The notes: generated by a model from the sequence alone, not told the origin. A stretch of DNA of 37,461 nt from Octopus sinensis (GCF_006345805.1 NW_021836845.1:1-37461); one strand, 5' to 3'. Numbered from the stretch's first letter, positions 10,338 to 22,137 are shown. Numbers and translations: made by a program.

Positions 10338-12942
10338 CATCATCATCATCATCATTGTTTAGCGTCCGCTTTCCATGCTAGCATGGGTTGGACGGTTCAA
10401 CTGGGGTATGGGAAGCCAGAAGGCTGCACCAGGCCCAGTTTGATCTGGCAATGTTTCTACGGCTGGATGCCCTTCCTAACACCAACCACTCCATGAGTGT
10501 AGTGGGTGCTTTTTACGTGCCACCGGCACAGGTGCCAGACGAGTCTGGCAAACGGCCACGATCGGATGGTGCTTTTTATGTGCCACTGGCACGGGGGCCA
10601 GGCAAGGCTGGCAACGGCCACGGACGGATGGTGCTTTTTACGTGCCACCGGCACAGGTGCCAGGTGAGGCTGGCAATGGCCACGAATGGATGGTGCTTTC
10701 TACATGCCACCGGCACGAGGCCAGTCGTGGCGGCGCTGGCAACGGCCACGTTCGGATGGTTCTGTTATGTGCCACCGGCACTGGTAACTCAGCTGCAATT
10801 TTCATTGATCGATTTCGATTCTGATTCTGATTCTCACTTGCCTCAACAGGTCTTCACAAGTAGAGTTTTGTGTCCCAAGAAGGGAAGGTATGCATAAGTG
10901 GGCTGGCTACATCCCATGTAGAAGGCCACAGGTTATGGTCTCGCTTGTCCTGCCAGGTCTTCTCACGCACAACATACTTCCAGAGGTCTCGGTCTCTAGT
11001 CATTTCCTCAGTGAGACCTAAAGTTCGAAGGTCGTGCTTCACCACCTCGTCCCAGGTTTTCCTGGGTCTGCCTCTTCCACAGGTTCCCTCAACCGCAAGG
11101 GTGTGGCACTTTTTCACACAACTATCTTCATCCATTCTCGCCACATGCCCATACCAGCGCAATTGTCTCTCTTGCACACCACATCTGATGCTTCTTAGGT
11201 CCAGCTTTTCTCTCAAGGTACTTACACTCTGTCGAGTATGAATACTGACATTACACATCCATCAGAGCATACTGGCTTCATTTCTTGCGAGCTTACGCAT
11301 ATCCTCAGCAGTCACGGTCCATGTTTCACTACCATGTAACATGGCTGTTCGTACACACGCGTCATACAGTCTGCCTTTTACTCTGAGCGAGAGGCCTTTT
11401 GTCACCAGCAGAGGTAAGAGCTCTCTGAACTTTGTCCAAGCTATTCTTACTCTAGCAGTTACACTTTCAGCACACCCACCCCCGCTGCTGACTTGGTCAC
11501 CTAGGTAACGGAAGTTATCAACTATTTCTAGTTTTTCTCCCTGGAAAGTGACAGAAGTTGGTCTCAGAGCATTTTCAGTGTTTATTGTTCCTGAGCATCT
11601 GCCACATACAAAAACCATCTTCCTAGTTAGCCTTCCAAAGGCTACACTTACACTTGGTGCATCTTATAGAGTTTCTGCTTACACCTTTTCTACCGATCGA
11701 GCAGGGCCATCTACCTGAAGGCGTTTGTGATTTGTCTACCTTCCTACTTATTAGGACTTTGGTTTTAGCTAGATTGACTCTAAGGCCCTTCGATTCTAAT
11801 CCTTGCTTCCACACCTGAAACTTCTCCTCAAGTTCTGATAGTGACTCAGCAATTAGAGCAAGGTCATCAGCATAGAGGAGCTCCCAAGGGCATCCTGTCT
11901 TGAATTTCTCCATTATTGCCTGGAGGATTATGATAAATAGAAGGGGGCTGAGGACTGAGCCTTGGTGGACCCCTACCTCTACCTGGAATTCTTCACTGTA
12001 CTCGTTGCCAACCCTCACCTTACTAGCAGCGTCCCTGTACATGGCTCGCACAGCTCTCACTAATCATTCATCTATCCCTAGTTTCCTCATTGACCACCAG
12101 ATAAGGGATCGGGGAACCCTGTCGAAGGCTTTCTCCATGTCAACAAAAGCCAGGTACAGGGGCTTATCTTTGGCTAGGTATTTCTCCTGCAGGAATATAG
12201 CATCAGTGGTACTTTTCCCTGACACAAACCCAAACTGCATCTCATCTGAACTAACTCTCTCTCTAATTAGTTGGGCTATGACCCTCGCCATAACCTTCAT
12301 CACCTGATCCAACAGCTTGATACCTCTGTAATTATTTGTATCTAGGGCGTCACCTTTACCTTTGTAGCAGTTGACTATTATGCTGCTACACCAGTCATTG
12401 GGTATGACTCCTTCGTGTATCACCTGATTAACTATACGGGTGACTAGGCTATAGCCGACACTACCAGATATTTTGAGCATCTCTGCAGTGATTCCTGATG
12501 GGCCTGGGGCTTTCCCTGTCTTCATGCTTTTAATTGCCTTAACTACCAAGGAACTGTCAACTCGGATAGCTGGTCTCTCTGTTGGGTCAACATTCGGCAG
12601 ACTCTCTTTCTCCCATTCATTTTCTTTATTCAGCAACCTTTCATAGTGGCGTCTCCAAACATCTCTCTTTGCATCCTCATTTAGCGCAAGTGAACCATCT
12701 TCCATGCGAACACACTTCTCTCCTACCACATCACAATTCTCTCTCACACACTGTCTTGCAACGCGAAACACCTCCAGTCTTTGGTCCTCACGGCGCAGAA
12801 CATTGGCAAATTTTTTCTTATCTGCTTCCCCTCTGGCTAGATAGACCTGTCTCCTAGTTTCCCTTTTGGCAGTCTGATACAATTCCCTGCTACCACCATT
12901 CTTCCAGTCCTTCCAAGTCTGTCTCTTTTCTCTAATAGCCCT
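10338..12942 (-). mobile_element. RTE LINE, 5'-truncated, with RT and a complete 3' UTR ending in (GAT)n
   Basis: ORFs 12064-13095, 11623-12060, 11262-11618 and 10854-11258 (KAPGPSGI, FVDMEKAFDRVP, GVHQGSVLSPLLF, YADD, FRYLG, RQLRWYGHV). (cat)n tail at 10338. Confidence 0.93.
10505..10780. repeat. About five tandem ~62-bp units in the RTE 3' UTR
   Basis: Recurring ggtgctttt(t)acgtgccaccggcac at about 10505, 10568, 10630, 10691 and 10758. Confidence 0.85.
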
Positions 12943-13915
12943 AAAATTTGGAGTTAAATCATTCATTCTGTGTGAAGAGGACACAGTATATATTATGAAT
13001 GCAGAAATATACACAGGAAAGGTTAACAGAGAAGTAGAGGAGCTAGGTGTTACAGGTAATGTTGTTTTGAGGTTGGTGAAAGAGGTGAATCTCACTTACT
13101 TGATATGGATAGATACTACAACTCTGTAACATTGACCAACCACCTGCTCACATATGAGAAAACATTCACAGATGGTACAGCCATGACAGTCAGGAAGCTC
13201 TATCCCAAAGAACTGTGCAAAAAGAAGTTGAAAATCTATGGGAAATCTGACTACCTCGGTCAAAGAAGTTTTGTCTGCATGGTATGGAATGATCACAGAT
13301 CTATTCATTTCATTTCTAATTGCCATGACCCAACCAAAACAGTTACTGTCAGTTGCAGAAATGAAGATAGATCATAACAAAATGTCCAGATGCTCATCCT
13401 TGTCAAGGATTATAATATATACCTGGGGGTGCAGACAAAAATGATGCTATGAAGCCACACAAAACCTGCAGGGTCTATCAATGGTCAAGGAGGCTTGTAG
13501 AGAAATTTATCATGTGGGTTATATACAAGGCCTATGTGATGTCTTGTCACTATCCAGAAACTGCTAAGAAGTACACTTCCTAAAAATTTCTGGATGAGTA
13601 TCCCTGGGTTTGGTAGATTACAGAAATAGTATGGCTGGCCATGAGTCCAGAGATCATGAAGTGCTTACTCATCTCCAAAATGTTGGATTGCACCATCCAG
13701 AGATATCCGAGGAGGGCTCCACTAATCATCTGTGTGTGGTTTGCTCATACAAGTACAATAAATTCAAAAGGGAAAATGCCAATGTGGGTTATAAAGACTA
13801 TCCTATGAAAGCTGTCAAGTCTTCAGTCTGCTGTTATGAGTATAAACACCACCTGTGCATCAAGCAGGGTTCCACATGTTGGTCTGATTGGCACAAGATG
13901 GAATATTGGCATTAA
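12943..13915 (+). mobile_element. piggyBac-like transposase remnant, catalytic and C-terminal part
   Basis: KFGVKSFILCEEDTVYIMNAEIYTGK, MDRYYNSV.L, W.DHRSIHFISNCH, KDYN, then a Cys-rich tail LCVVC...SSVCC...HLCI...TCWSDWH. Confidence 0.85.
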
Positions 13916-13976
13916 AACATTGGTAAGTACATATAAAGTGTTTGCATGGTTTTTAGCCTTACAACAATGTAGAAAC

Positions 13977-15619
13977 TACTGGACCAGGTAATGAAAATTA
14001 CAGAGAGTTAGTCTTGATGAGATGCAGTTTGGTTTTGTGCTTTGGAGAAGCACAACTGATGCTATATTCCTGGTAAGGCAAGTTTGTACGTATTTAGTCA
14101 AAAATAAACCTCTGTACTTGGTTTTTGTTGATATGGAGAAAGTCCTTGACTGGGTCCCCTGTTCCCTTATCTGGTGGTCAATTTGAAAGCTAGGGATAGA
14201 TGAGTAGTTGGTGAGACGTTGCAAGTCATGTACTGGGATGCTGCCAGTAAGGTGTTGGTTGGCAATGAGTTTAGCAAGTAGGACTTCACCAAGAAACAGT
14301 TCTCAGCCCCCTCTTGTTTATCATAGCCCTCCATCCCATAAAAGAAATTCAAGACTGGCTATCCTTGGGAGCTCCTCTACATTGATGACCTTGTTCTTAT
14401 AGCTGACCTAGAGAAAATATTTCAGGTGTGGAAGCAAGATCTGGAATCAAAGGACCTTTGAGTTGATTTAGCAAAGACCAAAGCCCTAGTAAGTAGGAAA
14501 GCAGGCAAATCACAAGTCCCTTCAGCAAGATGGCCCTGCTTGATATGTAAGAAGGGCGTTGGTAGAGACTCCAAACATTGTACCCAGTGTAAGCTTTGGA
14601 CACATAAGAGGTGTAGCGGTATCACAAGAAGGTTAACATAAAAAATAGTCTTTGTGTGTGGCAAATGTGTGGCTACAATAAGCACTAAAACAACACAGAG
14701 AATAGACTTCCTCAAGTGCTCGGAGGGATCCCTAAAAGTAGTAGATAACTTCTGCTACTTAAACAACCAAGTTAGCTGTGGAGGAGGAAGTTCTGAAAGC
14801 ATAGTTGCTAGAATAGGAATGGGCTGGGCAAAGTTCAGAGAGCTTCTACGTTTGTTGGTAACTAAGGGCCTCTCCATTAGAGTGAAAGGCAGATTGTATG
14901 ATGCCTGTGTACATACAACTATGCTACATGGTAGTGAAACATAGGCTGTAATTATGGAGGACTTATGAAGGCCTGAAAGAAATGAAGCCAGCATGCTCTG
15001 CTGGATGGGTAATGTCAGTGTGCATGCACAACAGAGTGTAAATGATTTAAGAGGAAAACTAGGTATAACAGGCATCAGATGTTGTGCACAAGAGAGGAGA
15101 CTGTGCTGGTATGGTCATCCGATGCATATGGATAAGGATAGCTGCGTAAAGAAGTGCTGATCTCTACTTGTGGAAAGGGTAGATCTAGGAAAACACAGGA
15201 CAAAGTGGTGAGAAATCTTCAGATACTGGACTTCACTGAGAAGATAACAAGGGACTGGAACTTGTGGCAATTTGCTGTACATGAGAAGTCATGTCAAGCT
15301 AAGTAAAATCATGGCCATCCATACATACATACAAGCATATCCTTTATGGCCAAGCCCTAACTCTCTCTCCCAGCTGAGGGAGTCTTTGTCTTGCAGGCAC
15401 CAGTGTCACATAAAATATACTCGCACCAGTGCCACCTAGGATGCACTTATGCTGGTGGTATGTAAAAAAGCACCCAGCACACTCTGTAAAGTAGTTGGTG
15501 TTAGGAAGGGCATCCAGCTATAGAAACCATGCCAAAGACAGACAATTGGAGTCTGGCCAGCTTCTGTTAAACCATCAAACCCATGCCCCTATGGAAAATG
15601 GATGTTAAACAATGATGAT
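13977..15619 (+). mobile_element. Degenerate RTE LINE, 5'-truncated, with 3' UTR and (GAT)n tail
   Basis: Remnants of LDQVMK, MQFGFV, ELLY.DD and KFRELL.LLVTKGLSIRVKGRLYDACV. The 3' UTR is similar to the other copies. Confidence 0.88.
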
Positions 15620-15620
15620 G

Positions 15621-15666
<46 letters not shown>

Positions 15667-15710
15667 ATAAATATACACTCATGTACACATACACATGTTT
15701 ATATATATAC
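15620..15710. repeat. (TA)n-rich microsatellite
   Basis: Read directly from the sequence. Confidence 0.9.
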
Positions 15711-17262
15711 TCTCATGCTTAAATATACTATTCCTGTCCAGACACTCCTCTCCTATCTCTTGCCTTGCCTGTATGTATGTATGTTTTTAATGTATGTATC
15801 ATATATAGGCACACATATATGTAGCACAAAACTGCCACTTATCAAAACGAAAAAAATTCTTTTAAAAGTTAATTACGAAATAGGTAAAATATAATGAAAT
15901 TTAAAGAATGGATTCTTTAAATTTCTCCTTACAAAACTTACAAATAAATTTTCATTGAAAAATTATTTAAAATATCCCTATTTTATTTTAACAAGTTATT
16001 TTGTATACAATAAGAGATGCCATGTATGTATCTATATATCTCTCCACCTGTCTGTCTATCTAACTGACTAACTGAATGTCTGACTGACCAACCAACTGAC
16101 TGACCTAATGTCAGTGGTGGCAGAATCTGTGGCATTTATTTTTACCTCTTTACATTCAAAACTATTGCAGTGGAGTTGACTTTACCCCTCATCTCTTCTG
16201 GGTTTAAGAAAATAATGGTATGGAATTAGTTGCTGCCATTTTGTTGCCAGCTATTTGACAACCATTTTATCAATAGAAAACATATTTTGATGTCAACTCC
16301 TGTAACATGTTTTGGAAATACCACATTTGATTAATTCATTATTACTCATAGTTACAACTGGTAAACTTTCTTAAGTACTAACCACTATCCATGTTTTCAC
16401 AACTAAAAATAGCTTCATGTATTCATGATCTCTATAATTTTCTGTGGAACATTGATTGTTGGGTCATGTCCATCTAGGATGCATTCAAATATGTGTTTTT
16501 ACTTTCTGTATTTTTTACATGACCACCTGTTAATTTCCATTGTGTGTCAAGTTCACATTGTAATTAATGAAGGGCTATTAACTTCATAATTTTTTCTTTC
16601 CCAAATGCCAAAATTTAACTCAATTTATGCTTGCTTTAATCAAACACATAGAGGAATCTATGATATGCATATTTTTGTCTACCTAGCCATCATATGTGAA
16701 TAAAAGAAGGGTGTTTAGTTTAAAATTTATAAAATAAAAATATAACAGAATAGTAGGGTTGTGGAAGTGCTGATGTAGCAAATGCAGCTTGGATGCTACC
16801 TGTTGATAGGAACACTGATACTATCTGTAACCCATCTGGATGTGGTTTAGTTTTTCAGTAGTTGAATAGTTCAATAATTTCAACTTTTGGATTTAAAGAT
16901 ATGCAGAATAAAATGCAGTGTATCATATAAAAATGTTCATAGCCTCAAAACATTCACCACCCAGTTGTGGCACCAAAACAATGACCAAAATGTATTGACC
17001 CATAAATAAGTATCCTCACTACACTGGACTTAATTCAATTGACTGACTTCACTTTATCCCTAAATGAAATTGTCCAAGAGACATGAAAGCTATGTATATT
17101 ATTAACCCATAAGTAATGAGAAGCATAGTTGACTCTGATGTGATTAGAACCTAAAAATATATAGTAATGAAGCTAAATTATTGTGGACGTCCATCATTTC
17201 TGCCACTTCACTACTTCCATCAAAAAATGTTGATATCTACTTGTTTCACCTTTTTTGTTAAG

Positions 17263-17385
17263 GTGCTGCTACACTTGATGTGAAATCAAATGGAAAACTA
17301 GGAATATCTGCTTTAATAGTTGTTATTTTAAGTAATCTGCTTGGCTCCATCATTGGTATTGCCTTCTTCATGCTTATAAAACCAG
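17263..17385 (+). CDS. Next coding exon of the same SLC1A/EAAT-family transporter (TM3 region)
   Basis: ttttttgttaAG acceptor at 17261-17262 and GTAAG donor at 17386. The exon is 123 nt, phase 1-1, and reads (G)AATLDVKSNGKLGISALIVVILSNLLGSIIGIAFFMLIKP(G). It is in frame with the 783-857 exon and matches the SLC1 pattern LDxKxSGRLG...IHPG. It is missing from the ORF track because it is short. Confidence 0.9.
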
Positions 17386-17917
17386 GTAAGGATCATTATT
17401 ATATTATTCTGAATGTTTTTTTTATTTCTGCAAACTGATTTTCTATTACCATTTTAATGGATTAGACAGTACATAGATATATCATTAGCTATCATGTGAT
17501 GCACCAAAAATACACACAGAAAGGACAGGCAGGGTTGTGTGATTAAGAAAATTACCTTGCTTGGAAACAGGCAAGGGTTGTCAATAGGAATAGCATCTGA
17601 CTGCAGAAAATCTCTCATCAAATTTCATCCAATGCATCTGAACATGGAAAAGTGGATGATGATGTTTTATATTTATGTATACGTGTGTATGTATATATAT
17701 GCATGTGTGTCCATCTTAAATAAATCCTTGCTGATGAGTTAGATAGACACATTGATTGTGCACTTCTCAGCTAAGTTAACTTCTGAGTTTCTCTTGTTGA
17801 TAATATGTAATATTGCAACTCAGTCACTTACTTTTTCCTCTTCAGTCCCCTCAGCTTCATTGAAAACTGTAATACCTTATTACTATTATTATTATTATCA
17901 TTACTTTCTTATTGCTA

Positions 17918-18120
17918 GAGGTGAGCTAGCAGAATCATTAACATGCTGGACAAAATGGTCAGTGACATTTCATCCATCTTTACAGAAGTGTTCACATTCT
18001 GCTGGGGTTGATTTTGCCTTTCATCCTTTTGGGGTCAATAAAATAAATACCAGTTAAATACTGGGGTTGCTGTAATTGACTTCATCCTCCTCTCATAAAC
18101 TGCCAAAATTTGAAGCCATT
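17918..18120 (+). mobile_element. Degenerate tRNA-derived SINE
   Basis: 5' ggtgagctagcagaatc (A-box-like) and a central gcctttcatccttttggggtcaataaaataaataccag...ctgggg block that recurs at 18165-18225. Confidence 0.65.
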
Positions 18121-18124
18121 AATT

Positions 18125-18295
18125 GCAACTTTATGTTCTGAGTTTAAATTCTGTTGAGGTTTACTTTGTCTTTCATCCTTCCAATGTTGATAAGATAAGT
18201 ACCAGTTGAGAACTGGGGTCAGTGTAATTTACTGACTCCACCTCACAAAATTTCAGGTCTCGTGCTATTAGTAGAGAGGCTTATTTTTTTCTTAT
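18125..18295 (+). mobile_element. Second, 5'-truncated copy of the same SINE
   Basis: gttctgagtttaaattc (B-box-like) followed by tctttcatccttcc...gataagataagtaccag...actggggtc. Confidence 0.6.
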
Positions 18296-18396
18296 TATTT
18301 GTAGTATTGGTAACTAATATTAAATTGTTTTTCAGTGAATTCTCCATAGTTTTATTTTTCACTCCGGCAGCACCATGCTGATTAATTATTATTTAT

Positions 18397-18793
18397 AACT
18401 AGCAGTATCGCCCGGCGTTGCTCGGGTTTGTAAGGGAAATAATTATATAAGCATTTTTAGAGATGTAAAGTATAATAGCCATCTCAATATGGCTAACCAC
18501 AAAGGGGGAGGGGTGTTACTGTAGCTTTTTACGTTCTGAGATTTAATAATAAATTTTAGAGAGTTACTTCCCTTATATATGTCAAAAATGGATTAAAAAT
18601 GGGAAAAATTGATGGTAAATTTTTTTTAAATCGTAGACTCATCGTAGACGCGCGCTAATACCCAGACGGTCTCGATATGAATCACGACTATAAGATACCC
18701 GGTTTTGGTTAAACTGCACCGCAAAATGTGGGAGTAGTTAGGAATCTAAATCGTAGGAGACAGACACACAACCTCACTTTTATATATAAAGAT
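18397..18793 (+). mobile_element. Non-autonomous Helitron/Helentron-like element
   Basis: 5' ACTAG followed by the GC hairpin cccggcgttgctcggg; 3' end cacttttatatataaagat; T-rich flanks; no coding capacity. Classification is by analogy to Lep1/DINE-1-type elements. Confidence 0.55.
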
Positions 18794-18954
18794 TTCCTCT
18801 ATTTACATAATATTGAGGTCTCTTTCTTTCTTTTGTTATCTTACTGTTTTTACCAATATACATATATATATATATATAAATATATATATAGTTACAGAGA
18901 TGTACTTGCATAGCAAGTGACTTGATCTGAGATTGTGTGCTGGAACGAAAACAG

Positions 18955-19213
18955 TTGCAGCGTTGAAGGTGTTTATAAGCCATTTAAGAAACACGCAAAA
19001 ACCGTTAGATTCACTTCAACATTTAAATTTAATTTGTCAAAATATTTTCATCGCTTTGAGACCGCGACCTGTTAGCACGATATTTTTGTCAGTGAACAGG
19101 TCGCGGTCTGAAAGCGACGAAAATATTTTGGCAAATTAAATTTAAATGTTGAAGTGAATGTAACGGTTTTTGTGTGTTTCTTAAATGGCTTACAAACACC
19201 TTCCACGCTGCAA
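18955..19213. repeat. Long inverted repeat (MITE-like foldback) with 119-bp arms and a 21-nt spacer
   Basis: Arms at 18955-19073 and 19095-19213; 112/119 complementary by manual alignment. Confidence 0.95.
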
Positions 19214-19289
19214 TATATATATACACACATATTTATATATGTATGTATGTATGTATGTGTGTATATGTGTATGCATGTATGTGTGTGTG

Positions 19290-19512
19290 TGTGCGTGTCT
19301 GTGCTTGTGATTGTCCTCCACTACTGCTTGACAACGAATGTTGGTTTGTTTACATCCCTGTCACCTAGTGGTTTGACAAAGGAAACAGATAGAATAAGTA
19401 CAATGCTTACAAAAATAAAACTGGAGTTGATTCATTAAACTACAATTCTTCAAGGCATTGCCCCAGCATGGCCACAGACCAATGGCTGGAAAAAGCAGAA
19501 GAATAAAAGAAT
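19290..19512 (+). mobile_element. SINE 3' half with a CR1-like tail
   Basis: gatagaataagtac core similar to the other SINEs, then gccccagcatggccacag (shared with the CR1 3' UTR) and an aagaataaaagaata tail. Confidence 0.6.
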
Positions 19513-19579
19513 ACATTCTCTGCTTTGGTCTTATGTTCAAGGCATGAGAAAGCTTGAGTTTACATGAGAAGGCCTAACA

Positions 19580-19845
19580 GACCTGGTAGAAACAGCAGCC
19601 AAATCTCCCTCAAATCACACCTTACTGTCTTATGTATGTATATATATATGAGCCAATGAGGGGGACCTCTACATGGTAGCTAGACCTGGTAGAAATAGCA
19701 GCCAAATTTCCCCCAAATCACACCTTACTGTCTTATCTATGTATATATGTATGTATGAGCCTATGAGGGAGACCCCTACATGGCAGCTAGACATGGTAGA
19801 AATAGCAGCCAAATCTCCCTCAAATCACACCTTACTGTCTTATCT
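19580..19845. repeat. 2.5 tandem copies of a 103-107-bp unit
   Basis: Units start at 19580, 19683 and 19790 (gac(c/a)tggtagaaa(c/t)agcagccaaat...caaatcacaccttactgtcttat). Confidence 0.9.
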
Positions 19846-19849
19846 TTCT

Positions 19850-20348
19850 GCTACTTGGATATAGGTGTTATATTCGTCGTAAAAAAACTTTCCTGTCACA
19901 CACTCACGCACACGCACACACACACACACACGCACCCTCACACACACACGCGCACACCCACACACACCCACTCACACACACGCACGTTAGCTTACAATTT
20001 TATTTATATATTTGCGTGTCTGTGGAAAGAGGAAGTGGGAGGCAGAGTGAAAGAATCACTCACTACAGTAAGTCAATTACTTTCATTTTATTCGTTGCCC
20101 ACTCTGTGTGTGCGTTTGCGTGTGCTGTAAACCAGACTAAGAAAAGCATTTGACACACACACCAGAATGTGAGTTTTCTGTAAATTTTGCTTAACTGGAG
20201 TTTAAATTTTAAAAACTGGAGCTGGCATGACGCGATGCATTGTACTCTTAAAAATGCAAGGTAAATTGTAATTGAAGAAATCCTATATTGTAGATTTGTA
20301 TAACTCCCAAAGGGAGGCAGATAAAATCTGCCTTATATAATAAGAGAT
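19850..20348 (+). mobile_element. Second putative non-autonomous Helentron-like element (3' end recognisable)
   Basis: Perfect hairpin AGGCAGAT-aaa-ATCTGCCT (20315-20333) followed by tatataataagagat, resembling the 18793 end. It contains a (CA)n tract. The 5' boundary is a guess. Confidence 0.45.
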
Positions 20349-20559
20349 AATGTATAATAATGCACACTTGTTTGTGGTAAATAGATTTAAAAAATTTTCC
20401 TGTAGAGAGTTATAGTACAATAAATTTGAAACAGAATTAAACTAGATAAGATGTACCAGGGAGAGGTACTACTGAAGTCATCTTAGTAAGACAACTGCAG
20501 AAGTGTTTAGTCAGAAGTAAAACTATTATACTTGGTATTTGGTGACCTAGTGACCTGGT

Positions 20560-20760
20560 GGTCTCTGAGAAAGCTATATATAGATGAATGGCTTGTGAAA
20601 ACCATAGAAGCCATGTAGAGGAGTGCTGTAAGTTGATAACCCTGAATAATGATAAATTTAGAGTACAGGTGGGTGTTCACCAGAGCTTGGTTCTCCATCC
20701 CCTCCTAGTCATCATTGTTTTCCAGGCCATAACTGACAAATTTCAGGTTAGCTGCCTTGT
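20560..20760 (+). mobile_element. Small RTE RT fragment
   Basis: FRVQVGVHQSLVLHPLLVIIVFQAITDKF. Confidence 0.7.
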
Positions 20761-20769
20761 TGTAGAGTC

Positions 20770-21600
20770 TAGACCTGGGGGTTCCATTCAGTTAAGACTC
20801 CTTGAGATACCGGTTCCACAGCACTTGCTCTTCTTTCTTCCTTCTGGTGCTGAACTTCTGCCTGATCATGACCCTCTTTTCTTTGATACCTGCTTTCTTC
20901 CATTGTTGGAAATAGGAAGAACCAAGACCCTGCCTTCCACTACATATCATTCCAATGATGTCACACAGCTTCAGCTTTTGCAGCTGTGATAAAGCCAGTC
21001 TGACACACTCATTCTAGGAGTCCTACACTTTGTGATCTTGAATTTCTTTACCACTAATAGCAGAGCTGTTCAGATCTTATGTATAGGCCTATCAAAATGA
21101 GGCTTGGAGGTACCTGTTTACAATTCACCGTCTGTTGTTTATCCTCCTCTACTCTTTCTAGTCTTGTCATTGGAACTCATCTCATAACCACATGAGGCTG
21201 GGAGCAATCTGTGTTGGTAGAGTCATGCCTTGTATTTTCCTGGGGGCCCTGATCTTTCAATCCCCTTCAGCCATTCCTCTATTTCTCAGTAGTGGTGACA
21301 TTGCTTCCATTAGAATGAATTGTCAAACTACTTCCCAAGGCATTTGATCAAAATGTTTTCTATTGATGGAATAGCCTCCGTTGCTCTTGCAGTTTGATTG
21401 TGTTTGTTAACTTGCTTTCCCTGATTACTGCACTCCTAGATTTCTTCAGTTTAAACTTCAATCTAACCTTTGTTGCCATGTATTCAAGTGAAATCAGCAC
21501 CCATTCTGCCTCCACATGGGTTGTGGTTGTCACTGTAAGATCATCCATAGTACCCCTTATTGGTTATCTAATTCCATTGTTAGTCCTTTGACTACTTTAT
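20770..21600 (-). mobile_element. Second Hero/NeSL-like LINE fragment, highly decayed
   Basis: MDDLTVTTTTHVEAEWVL...LKFKLKKSRS, KFKITKC and QAEVQHQKEERRASAVE..SQG remnants, homologous in content to 8100-8940. Confidence 0.65.
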
Positions 21601-22137
21601 TAGTAGCTGTTATAAGAAGATTCATGATTCCTTTCTCCAGGTCTTGCCACTGAATTGTAAAATAGCTGGTGATTATCCCCTCGATGTGTGGAGGGTTATG
21701 GTAGCAGACAGTATGTACATTTCAGGTTCGTGTATTATAATAGGAAATGCATCCATTACACAGGACCTTCTTTAGTTAAAACATTTGAAAATATAACCCA
21801 GTTGATGGAAGTAGTTCAATATATACGTTTAATATAAGTTGGCTGCAAACTTAAGAGGATAAATATATATATATATAGAAAGGGAAGAAGGAAAAGAGAT
21901 AGAAGTTTAGAGAGTGGGGAGAGATAGTAAAAAGATAGAAAGATATATATATCTGCGCGGATAAAAAAGCCTTCTTTTTTCTGTCAAGGGCTTATATACC
22001 ATTTATTAGTCTATTTTCTTTAGTCATTGCACGGTGATCGCCATAAACTTTAACCTTATATAAATATACTATTATTGTCATTTACAGGATTGTAAAAAAC
22101 GGTGCTGTATAAAAAAACCATTCGCACAGAAAGCATA

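Noticed and set aside
10505-10780. Regularly spaced palindromic repeats as a CRISPR array
   Set aside because: Eukaryotic context, the 'spacers' are similar to each other, there are no cas genes, and the array is part of an RTE UTR.
17731-17737. CTGATGA core-like motif
   Set aside because: No downstream GAAA or supporting helices.
21641-21660. Good-looking acceptor (ttcctttctccAG) as a candidate next SLC1 exon
   Set aside because: The required phase-1 frame hits TAA at 21658-21660 and shows no SLC1 similarity.
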